From an uncultured Planctomycetaceae bacterium (GTDB lineage Bacteria > Planctomycetota > Planctomycetia > Planctomycetales > Planctomycetaceae): DNA of 64,000 nt. Every line of letters starts with the position of its first letter. The stretch's first letter is position 1. The stretch spans positions 571 to 64,570 of the forward strand of contig CAIOTJ010000344.1 in assembly GCA_903861195.1 (NCBI GenBank), written 5' to 3'. The notes beneath the pieces were generated by a model. The model was not told the DNA's origin and did not search any database. It saw only the letters and a list, made by a program, of their open reading frames with translations. The position numbers and the translations under genes are program-made. Shown here in pieces: positions 30,001 through 38,338 of the stretch.

Positions 30001-30037
30001 CAAAAGAAACAACCCCGGTTCGATGAAAACCGGGGTT
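30001..30037 (-). terminator. intrinsic terminator of fdxA
   Basis: Perfect 10-bp stem AACCCCGGTT/AACCGGGGTT (30011-30020 / 30028-30037) with a 7-nt loop. On the minus strand it is followed by gtttcttttg. Confidence 0.65.
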
Positions 30038-30089
30038 GCACACTTGATTTCCTCAAGGCGGCCCGACTGACGTGGGGCTGCCACAGAAA

Positions 30090-30371
30090 CTATTCGGGCT
30101 TGACCAGAGGGTCCTTCTTTTCCTTGATGACCGGGCACTGGGGTGCCATCTCGGCGTTCAGTTCCTTGTAGGGCAGCCACGCTTCCGCCAGATTGTCTTC
30201 GTGGAAAATGGCTTCCACCGGACATTCGGGAACACAGGCTTCGCAGTCGATGCACTCATCGGGATGGATGTACACCATCTGCTCACCCTCGTAGAAACAT
30301 TCCACGGGGCACACAACGACACAATCGGTGTACTTGCAACCGAAGCAAGGTTCCGCAACGACATGGGCCAT
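30090..30371 (-). CDS. fdxA: 7Fe-type ferredoxin (3Fe-4S + 4Fe-4S)
   Basis: [29 protein letters not shown]...[20 protein letters not shown] shows the classic CxxCxxxCP / CxxCxxCxxxCP pattern of FdxA-type ferredoxins. GAGG lies 8 nt before the ATG. Confidence 0.9.
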   Translation of the reverse strand: MAHVVAEPCFGCKYTDCVVVCPVECFYEGEQMVYIHPDECIDCEACVPECPVEAIFHEDNLAEAWLPYKELNAEMAPQCPVIKEKKDPLVKPE

Positions 30372-30432
30372 GACAATCCACCTCTTCTCTTGTGCTGGGG
30401 CCGCGTACAGTCGCGGCCTGCTGTTCCGACGA

Positions 30433-30462
30433 ATCCTAGTTCTGGTCGCTTTCGGGTGTCAA
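30433..30462 (-). promoter_or_regulatory. sigma70-type promoter candidate TTGACA-N18-TAGGAT for fdxA
   Basis: The minus strand reads cgcTTGACAcccgaaagcgaccagaacTAGGATtcg. The leader contains a 7-bp GC hairpin (ggccgcg...cgcggcc, 30399-30418). Confidence 0.5.
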
Positions 30463-30550
30463 GCGGTCTCACGCAACGATTTCCCGATCGTGAGATCACA
30501 CTGGGCTGCCCTCTGTTATCGACCGTTTTCGCACCGAATCTTGGCTGGAT

Positions 30551-31891
30551 TCAGGTCTTCAGAGAGTCGATGGCCTGGGTCAGGCAGGTAATCCATTCCG
30601 GTTGGTCGGCCACGGCTCCCGCGACATCGGGAGGAGCGAACAACCGGACCCGTTTGACGTAGTCGTCAAACTGGGTTCCCGCCAGGGCCCGTACGACGGG
30701 GCTCACTTCCTGCAGGGGGCGATAGCAACGCTCTTTCGGGAAAAAGATGTCGACTTTGAATTCCACCTCCCGATGTCTCGGGGGGGCATCGATGAGAATT
30801 TCGCAGGGCTGCAGCCGTCTTCCCACCAGCGGGCTCAGCGCCTCGGCGATGCGCTCTCCACAACGGACGAGGAATTCAAAAGGACGCCGCGAGAGACGCT
30901 GGTAAAGTTCCGCCTGTTGGTGGGGAGTCGCTTCGAAGACCCGTTTGTAGATTTGACGCCGGGGGCCGAAGATTCCCTCGAACAGCGGTTCGGCCGCGGT
31001 TCCCCGGGCTTCCTCGCGCAGGGTGGCAATCACCTCGGCTTCAGTCCTCAGCAGCAGGGTTCGCAGCGTCAGCCGGTGGCGAATTTCGTAGAACCCCCGG
31101 GCGAACATGCAGGTCGCCGCCCGGACGGCGTGATGCCAATAAACTTCGCCAAACATCACATAGCGGGCGAACACCATCAGTTCGGCGGCTGTCTTGCCTT
31201 TGTACGAGAGGGCCAAGCCATCTCCCGCGGCATTCAGCACCAACGACTGGATCAGACGGTTCTTGTCGTAGTTGCGGCCATAAGGGACGCCGCAGTGCAG
31301 ACTGTCCCGCTCGAGGTAGTCCATCTTGTCGATGTCGATGGGGCCCGAGAGGATCGAGCGAATCAACCGCAGAGGGTGGGAATCGGTGCGGGCCGAGAGA
31401 ACATCGAGCACCTCCTCCGGTTCCACCTGCCATTCCGAGCGGAGGATTTTGGCCAGATCGCGATGGGGAGCCAGGAATTCGGCCGCGTGGGATTCGTGGG
31501 CGGGAAGTTCGGCCAGCCCCATGTCTTCGATGGGATGGGCGAACGGCCAGTGGCCGAGGTCGTGCAACAGGGCCGAGCAAAGCAACAGTTCGGCCGTGTG
31601 TCGGTCGACCCGATCCCGGAAGCGGGGATCGCGCACCAATTGCGCGAGGTAGCGGAGGGCGTTGTGGAACACTCCCAGGGCGTGCTCGAACCGGGTGTGC
31701 ATCGCTCCGGGATAAATGCGCGAGACCAGGCCTAATTGGCTGATCTGGGCCAGTCGGCGGAACTCCGCCGTGTCGACCAGAGCACGGACCCGCGGTGTGA
31801 AGGGGACATCCTGTTGGTCCGGAATGCGAATCAGACCCTGGCCGGTTTCCAGACGGGAGAGTTCGGGAATCTCCAGGAGTGAGTTCGACAT
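30551..31891 (-). CDS. HD-domain phosphohydrolase (SAMHD1/COG1078-like)
   Basis: TRFEHALGVFHNALRYL... and ALLHDLGHWPFAHPIE (His...His-Asp metal site) are present, together with the later DKMDYLERDSLHCGVPYG motif typical of this family. Confidence 0.8.
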   Translation of the reverse strand: MSNSLLEIPELSRLETGQGLIRIPDQQDVPFTPRVRALVDTAEFRRLAQISQLGLVSRIYPGAMHTRFEHALGVFHNALRYLAQLVRDPRFRDRVDRHTAELLLCSALLHDLGHWPFAHPIEDMGLAELPAHESHAAEFLAPHRDLAKILRSEWQVEPEEVLDVLSARTDSHPLRLIRSILSGPIDIDKMDYLERDSLHCGVPYGRNYDKNRLIQSLVLNAAGDGLALSYKGKTAAELMVFARYVMFGEVYWHHAVRAATCMFARGFYEIRHRLTLRTLLLRTEAEVIATLREEARGTAAEPLFEGIFGPRRQIYKRVFEATPHQQAELYQRLSRRPFEFLVRCGERIAEALSPLVGRRLQPCEILIDAPPRHREVEFKVDIFFPKERCYRPLQEVSPVVRALAGTQFDDYVKRVRLFAPPDVAGAVADQPEWITCLTQAIDSLKT

Positions 31892-31911
31892 CGCTGTGGC
31901 CCCGGGGCTGG

Positions 31912-33060
31912 TCAGCGATCGAGTTGAACGATCGGCAGATCGGCGGCTGCGAGTTGGCGTTCTCGTGCCGGGGATTCGGGAAGCCCCACCGGGAGTCGCT
32001 CTTCAGGTCGAACCTCGATGGCTGGGGGGGTGGGCTGCCGGGGGCCCGCGGTTCCGAACAGCGTCGCCTTCACCGTCGTCAGGAAGCCGCGCACGGTACC
32101 AAACGTCTCGGAGACCGCCGTTGGTTCATACCCGCTGTGAACCATGCAGTCGGCGCACTTGGGGTTCCCGCTGGCCCGCCCGTAGTGGGACCATTCGGTT
32201 GTGGCGAGCAACTCCTGGTAGGTTTCGGCATACCCTTCCTGCATGAGGTAGCAGGGCTTCTGCCAGCCGAACAGGTTGTAGGTCGGATTGCCCCAGGGAG
32301 TGCACTCCAGGTCGTACCGCCCCTGAAGGAACAGCAGGAAGAGGGGAGACTGGTTGAATTTCCAGCGTCGGGGGGCGCCGGCGAACAACCGCTGGAACAG
32401 GCCGATTGTCCCGCGGCGCTTCAGGAAGTGCTCCTGGTCGGGAGCCTTTTCGTAGCTGTAGCCGGGAGAAATCATCATCCCTTCGACACCCAGCGACATC
32501 AGTTGGTCAAAAAACGGGCCAAACCGGTGCGGATCGGCGGTATCAAACAGAGTGGTGTTGGTGGTCACCCGAAAACCGGCCGCCAGCGCCTTCTGAATGG
32601 CCGACAGGGCGATTTCGTAGGTGCCGTCCCGGCAGACGGCGTGGTCATGCTCTTCCCGGGGGCCATCGAGATGGACGGAAAACGACAAATATTTCGAAGG
32701 CTGGAACCGATGCAGGTGCTTCTCGAGCAGCAGGGCGTTGGTGCAGAGATAGATGTACTTCTTGCGAGCCACCAATCCGGCAACAATCTCGTCGATCTGC
32801 GGATGCAACAGCGGTTCGCCGCCAGGAATCGAGACGATCGGCGCGCCGCATTCCTCGACTGCGCGAAAGCACTGCTCGGGGCTGAGGTGCCGTTTCAGAA
32901 TGTCGGCCGGATACTGGATCTTTCCACATCCGGCGCAGGCCAGATTGCAACGGAACAAAGGTTCCAGCATCAGCACCACGGGGAACCGCTTGTTGCCCCG
33001 GAGTTTTTGCCCCAGGACATAGGACGCCACGGTCCACATCTGGGAAAGAGGAACACCCAT
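31912..33060 (-). CDS. hpnH: adenosyl-hopene transferase, radical SAM (hopanoid side-chain extension)
   Basis: [24 protein letters not shown] is the CxxxCxxC radical-SAM cluster. The whole length closely resembles HpnH (…[17 protein letters not shown]…[13 protein letters not shown]…FSVHLDG…HD..VCR.G.Y…TNTTLF…[20 protein letters not shown]…[21 protein letters not shown]…[14 protein letters not shown]). Confidence 0.85.
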   Translation of the reverse strand: MGVPLSQMWTVASYVLGQKLRGNKRFPVVLMLEPLFRCNLACAGCGKIQYPADILKRHLSPEQCFRAVEECGAPIVSIPGGEPLLHPQIDEIVAGLVARKKYIYLCTNALLLEKHLHRFQPSKYLSFSVHLDGPREEHDHAVCRDGTYEIALSAIQKALAAGFRVTTNTTLFDTADPHRFGPFFDQLMSLGVEGMMISPGYSYEKAPDQEHFLKRRGTIGLFQRLFAGAPRRWKFNQSPLFLLFLQGRYDLECTPWGNPTYNLFGWQKPCYLMQEGYAETYQELLATTEWSHYGRASGNPKCADCMVHSGYEPTAVSETFGTVRGFLTTVKATLFGTAGPRQPTPPAIEVRPEERLPVGLPESPARERQLAAADLPIVQLDR

Positions 33061-33330
33061 CGTCGGCCTCCCTGCTGATTCGGTCTCTGGTTGCGTGATC
33101 GCTGCATCCGGGTTGGTGCCAGAACTGGCACAAATTCACGGACCGCTGGTCTCTGAAACATCGCCAGCCCCCCCTGGTCGACAGGGATTCCATGGCGTCT
33201 GCAGAAACCGCAGGAAGGGATAGCATCTTTTCCGATCAATGTCAGCCCTGAGGCTCCACGTCCCCTGGGCGGCAGACCTCAAGGTCCAGTTTTGTCCGGC
33301 GGATGGACGACCTCTCTGCCGCACAGATCA

Positions 33331-35337
33331 TCAGGGGGCGGGAATCTGTTCCGACTGGGCAGCTTGCGGCGACTGCCAGGGATTGGGCCAGACCCGCCCC
33401 AGGTACTCTTCCTGGTTCCCGGCTGGAGGAGCTGTGGTTTCAGCGCTCGGCCGCAGTTCCCAAACCCACTGCCCTCGGGGATTGCGGGACTGCCAGAGTT
33501 CCACCGTGGACTTCGGCGGCGGATTGGCCGCTCCTTGCCAGACATAAAAGCAGGGCTGGGCCGTGTCGGAGAGCTCCGGTTTGATTTCCCATTTCTCCTC
33601 CCCGTCGGCCTGTTTCCGCAAGACCACCGGCACCAGGTGCGTCCCTGGCTGATCGGGAGCGAAAAACGGAACAGTGCGCCAGACTTGAGGCAGAGATTCG
33701 CCCGTCTCGCCCGGGGAGGAATCGACCCGGTACCAGGATCGCGGCCGGAGCTCGCCGAGAGTGACGGCCCGGGGAGCGTCGACCGATCGGGGACCAACCG
33801 CCACGGGAACTGCCAGCCCGGGATGATCGAGGTCGAGCCGGTACATGATCTGGTTGTAATCGTACCTGGGAGTCGCGTTGGAATTCCCCGAGAAGGTCGC
33901 CGTATAAGTTCCTTCGAAATAGATCCGCCGTCCCCCCTGGTCGTCGAAGAGGGGATGATGGCGGGGGTTGTAAAAGCTGTAACGCCGATGCGTGACAATC
34001 TTGCGGGCCCACGCCCACGGGCCAAGCGGACTCTCCGCCTCGCTGTACCAGACTTCGCCGAGGTTGGAAGTCCCTCCCCACTGCACGGCGACCAGGATCC
34101 AGCGCCGCCGCCAGGAATTCCAGGCAGTCGTACCGCCATGGACCAGAACCGGTTGTCCCGATTCGACATCGCGCAGCTGGACCAGGCCGTCGTGTGGCCG
34201 GAGTTGTCCCTGCCCGACCAGTTTGGACTGCTCCAGCGCCGCGAGGGGTGGGGTGTCGCGGCGCCAGCGGTAACGGGGTTCTCCCGCGGAATTGCGATCG
34301 AACTGCGGAGCTTTCAACGAGGAGCCATCGACGAGGCAGGTGTAGGCCTCGTATTGGCCGAGATCGAGCAGCGATTCCGCCCGGGCTGGGACCCGGGTCA
34401 GGCCCAGCGGAGTGGCAAAATAACGAAAATCGGTATCGCCAATCCGCACTTCGAAGGGATGTCCGGTGGGATACAGGGGAGCGGTGAGAGGGATGTCGGT
34501 TCCCGCCCGCCATTCGCGGGCGTCATCCTCCCATTCCACGAAGCGGCGCTGGCTAACCTCAAGGGGAGGTTTGATCTTCATCGCCGCCGCGAATAAACGC
34601 TCTCTTCCGCTACTGTCCCGGGCCACGGTCAACCCTTCCAGCCAGGTGGGGCCGCTTCCGGGCAGGGTGGCGGTCGGCTTGGCGAAACCGTCGGGCCCCG
34701 GGAAGTAATCAAAGTCGATCCCCCGCATGGGGTCGAGGCCGCCGGGGCCGGGGAGCGGCGTAGTGGCCCCAGGGACATGGAAGTTTCCGAGAGGATAGCC
34801 GGGACGCTGGGTGTCTCCCCAGAACCAGTAGAGCCGGCCCCGAAACTGCGCCTGCAAGACACTGTCCTGTCCCAGCACCTGCGTGTTGAGCAGAGGATGA
34901 ACCAGCGGAGGGGTTTCTCCCAGCAGCACGCTATCCCGGTAAATGCCGCCGCCCGTCACCCGATACAGCCGTTCGGCCAGATTGATTCGCGGCAATTCCA
35001 GGCGGGCACTTCCACCGGGCACGCACGCGAGGCGGCGACCGCGATAGCCGAAACCGTCGGCTGGAAACTCGTAGCCATGGCTGAAGACATGGAAAAACAC
35101 CTCGTGCCCCAGCAGATCGGGATCGGTGATGGCGACCCGCCCCGCGGAATCCGAGACGAACAGCACTTCATTTACCGTCCGCAATTCGACCAGAGGAACA
35201 CCGCGGCCGGTGGACTGGTCAACAATCTCGATTCGAAACGGCTGCTGTTCGCCGGCGGGGGTGGGGGCGGGGAGCAGCCCCAGGGGCAGGACCAGCAATT
35301 GGACCAGCCCTGGGATGAGATGGCGGCGAATTGACAT
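33331..35337 (-). CDS. secreted hypothetical protein (668 aa)
   Basis: Signal peptide MSIRRHLIPGLVQLLVLPLGLLPAPTPAGE. The N-terminal segment (FRIEIVDQSTGRGVPLVELRTVNEVLFVSDSAGRVAI) looks like a carboxypeptidase-regulatory-like beta-sandwich. I recognise no catalytic motif in the rest. Composition is coding-like over the full length. Confidence 0.7.
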   Translation of the reverse strand: MSIRRHLIPGLVQLLVLPLGLLPAPTPAGEQQPFRIEIVDQSTGRGVPLVELRTVNEVLFVSDSAGRVAITDPDLLGHEVFFHVFSHGYEFPADGFGYRGRRLACVPGGSARLELPRINLAERLYRVTGGGIYRDSVLLGETPPLVHPLLNTQVLGQDSVLQAQFRGRLYWFWGDTQRPGYPLGNFHVPGATTPLPGPGGLDPMRGIDFDYFPGPDGFAKPTATLPGSGPTWLEGLTVARDSSGRERLFAAAMKIKPPLEVSQRRFVEWEDDAREWRAGTDIPLTAPLYPTGHPFEVRIGDTDFRYFATPLGLTRVPARAESLLDLGQYEAYTCLVDGSSLKAPQFDRNSAGEPRYRWRRDTPPLAALEQSKLVGQGQLRPHDGLVQLRDVESGQPVLVHGGTTAWNSWRRRWILVAVQWGGTSNLGEVWYSEAESPLGPWAWARKIVTHRRYSFYNPRHHPLFDDQGGRRIYFEGTYTATFSGNSNATPRYDYNQIMYRLDLDHPGLAVPVAVGPRSVDAPRAVTLGELRPRSWYRVDSSPGETGESLPQVWRTVPFFAPDQPGTHLVPVVLRKQADGEEKWEIKPELSDTAQPCFYVWQGAANPPPKSTVELWQSRNPRGQWVWELRPSAETTAPPAGNQEEYLGRVWPNPWQSPQAAQSEQIPAP

Positions 35338-35457
35338 GGGGAGGCGAATTGGGAGGAGCGACAGGTGCCGGGGGGCCAGGAACGTTGGAAGAGAGAGTGA
35401 AATCTCGGCCGACCAGCGCCGTCCCGGGGGAGCCGCCGGCGGTGATCGGGCCGCGGT

Positions 35458-36702
35458 CTATTCGAGTTCGCTGAGGAGTAACCGGTGAAGTTCTTCGAGC
35501 GTAGTTTGTCCGGACAGAACCTTCCTCGCGGCCGAGGCCCGCAGAGAACCCATGCCTTGGCCCCGCGCCCGTTCGAGGATCTGGTCGCGGGCCGCCCCCG
35601 CGAGGAGCAGTCGCCGGAACTCGTCATCAAACGTCTGGATTTCAAACACGCCGGTGCGGCCCGAGTAGCCGGTGTGAAAGCAATGGTCGCAGCCGACCGG
35701 CTGGGCGATCTGCTGGTCTTCGGGCAGCGGGTGATCCGCCCCCAGGAATTCCCGTTCGGCGGGGGAGGGGGGGCGAAGGATCCGGCATTGCGGACAGACA
35801 AGCCGGATGAGTCGCTGGCCGACGACGGCTGTCAGACTGTCGGCCAGGAACATGGGGGGAACGCCAAAATCGCGAAACACGTCGATGGCGGCGGTGGCGT
35901 CGTTGGCATGGAGGGTGCTGAACACGAGAATCCCGGCACGGGCCGCCCGGGCGGCAATATGTGCAGTCTCGGCATCTCGGATTTCTCCGATCAGCATGAC
36001 ATTCGGATCCTGCCTCAAGACGCCGCGGAGTGCCTCGGGGAAGCCAAAATCAATGCGGGAATCGATCTGGATCTGGGTCACCCCCGGGATCCGCCGTTCG
36101 ACGGGGTCCTCGATGGTGAGCACGCTTTTCGAGGGATCATTGGCGATACCCAGGCAGCCATAGACCGTGGAAGTCTTGCCGCTGCCGACCGGGCCCGCGG
36201 CCACAATCAGGCCGTAGGACTTTTGAGCGCACGCCCGCAGGACCGCGAGTTGATCGGACTCCAGTCCCAGGGAATCCAGCGTTTCGAGTCCCCCCGGCTG
36301 GGGCATGAGCCGCAAGACCAGACGTTCCCCCAGCAGGGAGGGGCCACTGCCGACGCGGATATCGCGGACATGCTGGGCGAAGGTCTGGGAGATGTGCCCA
36401 TCCTGGGGAATCCGCCGCTCGGTGATGTCCATGCCCGACATGAGTTTCAGGCGCGAGATCATCTGCGAGGTGGCGTTGGCGGGCACATTCAGGATGGTGT
36501 GCAGGATGCCGTCCACCCGCAGGCGCACCCGCAGTCCCTCTTCCAGGGGATCAAGATGGATGTCGGTGGCCCGCAACTGAAAGGCCCGTTCGACCAGCAG
36601 ATCCACGAGGGAGGCTGGTCCCACCACATCGAGCAGTTCGCGCAGTTCTTCCTGCAGGGCCCGCTGCCGCAGATGGGCATTGTTCGACTCCGCCGTGGAC
36701 AT
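35458..36702 (-). CDS. GspE/PilB-family secretion ATPase (short form, N2+CTD only)
   Basis: Walker A GPVGSGKTST, Asp box TIEDPVERRIPGVTQIQ, Walker B VMLIGEIRD and His box FSTLHAND are present. The tetracysteine Zn site is CPQC...CDHC. At 414 aa it has no N1E/GSPII_E_N domain. Confidence 0.9.
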   Translation of the reverse strand: MSTAESNNAHLRQRALQEELRELLDVVGPASLVDLLVERAFQLRATDIHLDPLEEGLRVRLRVDGILHTILNVPANATSQMISRLKLMSGMDITERRIPQDGHISQTFAQHVRDIRVGSGPSLLGERLVLRLMPQPGGLETLDSLGLESDQLAVLRACAQKSYGLIVAAGPVGSGKTSTVYGCLGIANDPSKSVLTIEDPVERRIPGVTQIQIDSRIDFGFPEALRGVLRQDPNVMLIGEIRDAETAHIAARAARAGILVFSTLHANDATAAIDVFRDFGVPPMFLADSLTAVVGQRLIRLVCPQCRILRPPSPAEREFLGADHPLPEDQQIAQPVGCDHCFHTGYSGRTGVFEIQTFDDEFRRLLLAGAARDQILERARGQGMGSLRASAARKVLSGQTTLEELHRLLLSELE

Positions 36703-36761
36703 GACGAATCTCTCAAACGGAGGGAGAATGAGTAGAGACCCGGCCGATCGGGCGGAGCCGC

Positions 36762-37784
36762 TCAGAATTTCTGTGGAACCGCCGCGGGAGCTGCCTGCTC
36801 ATCGATTGGTTCGGCAGGGGATTCGGGACGCTCGGGCAGGTCGCCTGGAGGAGTGTCGGGCGGGGGGTTGGAGGAGACTGGTTCCGCTGGGTTGCCGTCA
36901 GGCTCCTCTCGAGATGGGGGGACAGGGGGCGCGGTGGTCGTCGCCGGATTGACCCGGGCCGGTGCCGAGACGCGACCGGAATCGCCGGACAGTTGCGGGC
37001 TGTTCGGAACGCCGAGGTCAGAATCTCCGGGGAGAGGTTTGCCGGGGGTGGGTGAGACTTCGGCAGGAAGCGGAGGGGGGGTGGGGAGCGGCGGTTGTGA
37101 CTCGTGGGGAGAGGGACCCCCCTCACCGAACCCCTCGGGATCGCGGACTCGAACCGCGGCCGCCCGTTCTGGATCGAGGATCCTGGCATCCGCATCGGGC
37201 CGGGACCAGGCGAAATAAACCCCCGCGGCCACGGAACCCAGTCCCACCAGCAGCGACAACACTCCCAGGGCGCGTTGGCCCTGTTGCGCCCGAACAATGG
37301 CGCGACGCGAGAGAAAGACGGTGAGGCTTCCCAGCAGGATCGCCCCCCAGCCCGACCACAACCGCCAGTCGGCAGGGCCTTTCCAGGTGACGGTCGACAG
37401 CAGCAGGCAGGCGATGGCAGTCAGCCCGGGACCGATGGTCCACCGCGCCGGGACGACATGCATTCCCGTCGCATTGACCCCCAACTTCTGCAGGCCCTGT
37501 TCGTGGCTGTCGACCAGTTTCCAAAGGCGATGCAGCCCGGCAGTCTTCAACACATCACGGACCACGGGTGAGGCGGTCTGAACCGCCATGGTTCCCTGTT
37601 GGGCCGAAAGAACTTTCCAGATGCGTGCCAGCAGGGCCACCTGGGCGCTCCCCAGGTATTCGAGGGGGGAGAGGTCGACCAACAACGTGGTCGCGCGGCA
37701 TTCCTTCAGCTTGGCGATGGCCTTGTCGCCGCACTCTTCCACCACATTCCAGGGGACCTGGGTGATCTCGGGACTGAGTGTCAT
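36762..37784 (-). CDS. N-terminal STAS domain + 3 TM helices + long Pro-rich tail protein
   Basis: Start set to the ATG at 37782-37784 (MTLSPEITQVPWNVVEECGDKAIAKLKECRATTLLVDLSPLEYLGSAQVALLARIWKVL...VRDVLKTAGLHRLWKLV), which gives the STAS fold pattern. Three hydrophobic helices follow (GLTAIACLLLSTV; WGAILLGSLTVFL; LGVLSLLVGLGSVAAGVYFAW). The last roughly 150 aa are Pro-rich. The 511-aa track ORF is an upstream extension. Confidence 0.65.
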   Translation of the reverse strand: MTLSPEITQVPWNVVEECGDKAIAKLKECRATTLLVDLSPLEYLGSAQVALLARIWKVLSAQQGTMAVQTASPVVRDVLKTAGLHRLWKLVDSHEQGLQKLGVNATGMHVVPARWTIGPGLTAIACLLLSTVTWKGPADWRLWSGWGAILLGSLTVFLSRRAIVRAQQGQRALGVLSLLVGLGSVAAGVYFAWSRPDADARILDPERAAAVRVRDPEGFGEGGPSPHESQPPLPTPPPLPAEVSPTPGKPLPGDSDLGVPNSPQLSGDSGRVSAPARVNPATTTAPPVPPSREEPDGNPAEPVSSNPPPDTPPGDLPERPESPAEPIDEQAAPAAVPQKF

Positions 37785-38188
37785 CTGGACGAAGTCCCGG
37801 GAGGCCTCGAACTGGATCGGCAGGCGCGTCTTGTCCACGGCGGAATCCTGAGCGGGGGGAAAAGCCTCGTTCCGGGAGTGTAATCGATTTGCCGGAGGGA
37901 GCCCAGAAAACCGGTTGAATGGACTGGGAAGATTTGAACAGTTTTCGGGCGCTGGGGGACTTCCGGTCCTGCGGGGGATGCCAGAGATTCCAGCCCATCG
38001 TCGCGAAGCCCCTGAGAACTGACCGACAGCCGACACATCGGCAGGGGACTTCGGGATGGTCGAACCGATAAGCGAATGTCCAAGTTTCCGGGGGTGGTCA
38101 GGAGCTGGTGGTCGGTCGTTCCGTGTGCTGGTCGACTGGACGGCGGCTGATTCCCCTGGCGATTTGGTGCGTTTGGGAAGACTGGGAA

Positions 38189-38218
38189 TTGACACCGGTT
38201 TTTGACGGCTCGTATACT
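38189..38218 (+). promoter_or_regulatory. sigma70-type promoter candidate TTGACA-N18-TATACT for the coiled-coil operon
   Basis: ggaaTTGACAccggtttttgacggctcgTATACTcga. The -35 is exact and the -10 matches 5 of 6. It is the best promoter match in the window and points at the gene starting at 38339. Confidence 0.55.
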
Positions 38219-38338
38219 CGACGAGGCGTGAAAAGCCTCTGTTTTTTCGTGCTTTTCCAGACCGGGTGGGCCTCTCGACGGCGGTGAAGTGGCCCACGTT
38301 CAGTCGACTTGCGTTCCCCTTTCGAGTTGGTCTCTGGC

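Noticed and set aside
30466-30500. Hairpin gatctcacg-N15-cgtgagacc downstream of the HD-domain gene, considered as its terminator
   Set aside because: The stem has an internal mismatch and no U-tract. It directly abuts the fdxA -35 box, so it may instead be an operator or nothing. The evidence is insufficient for a terminator call.
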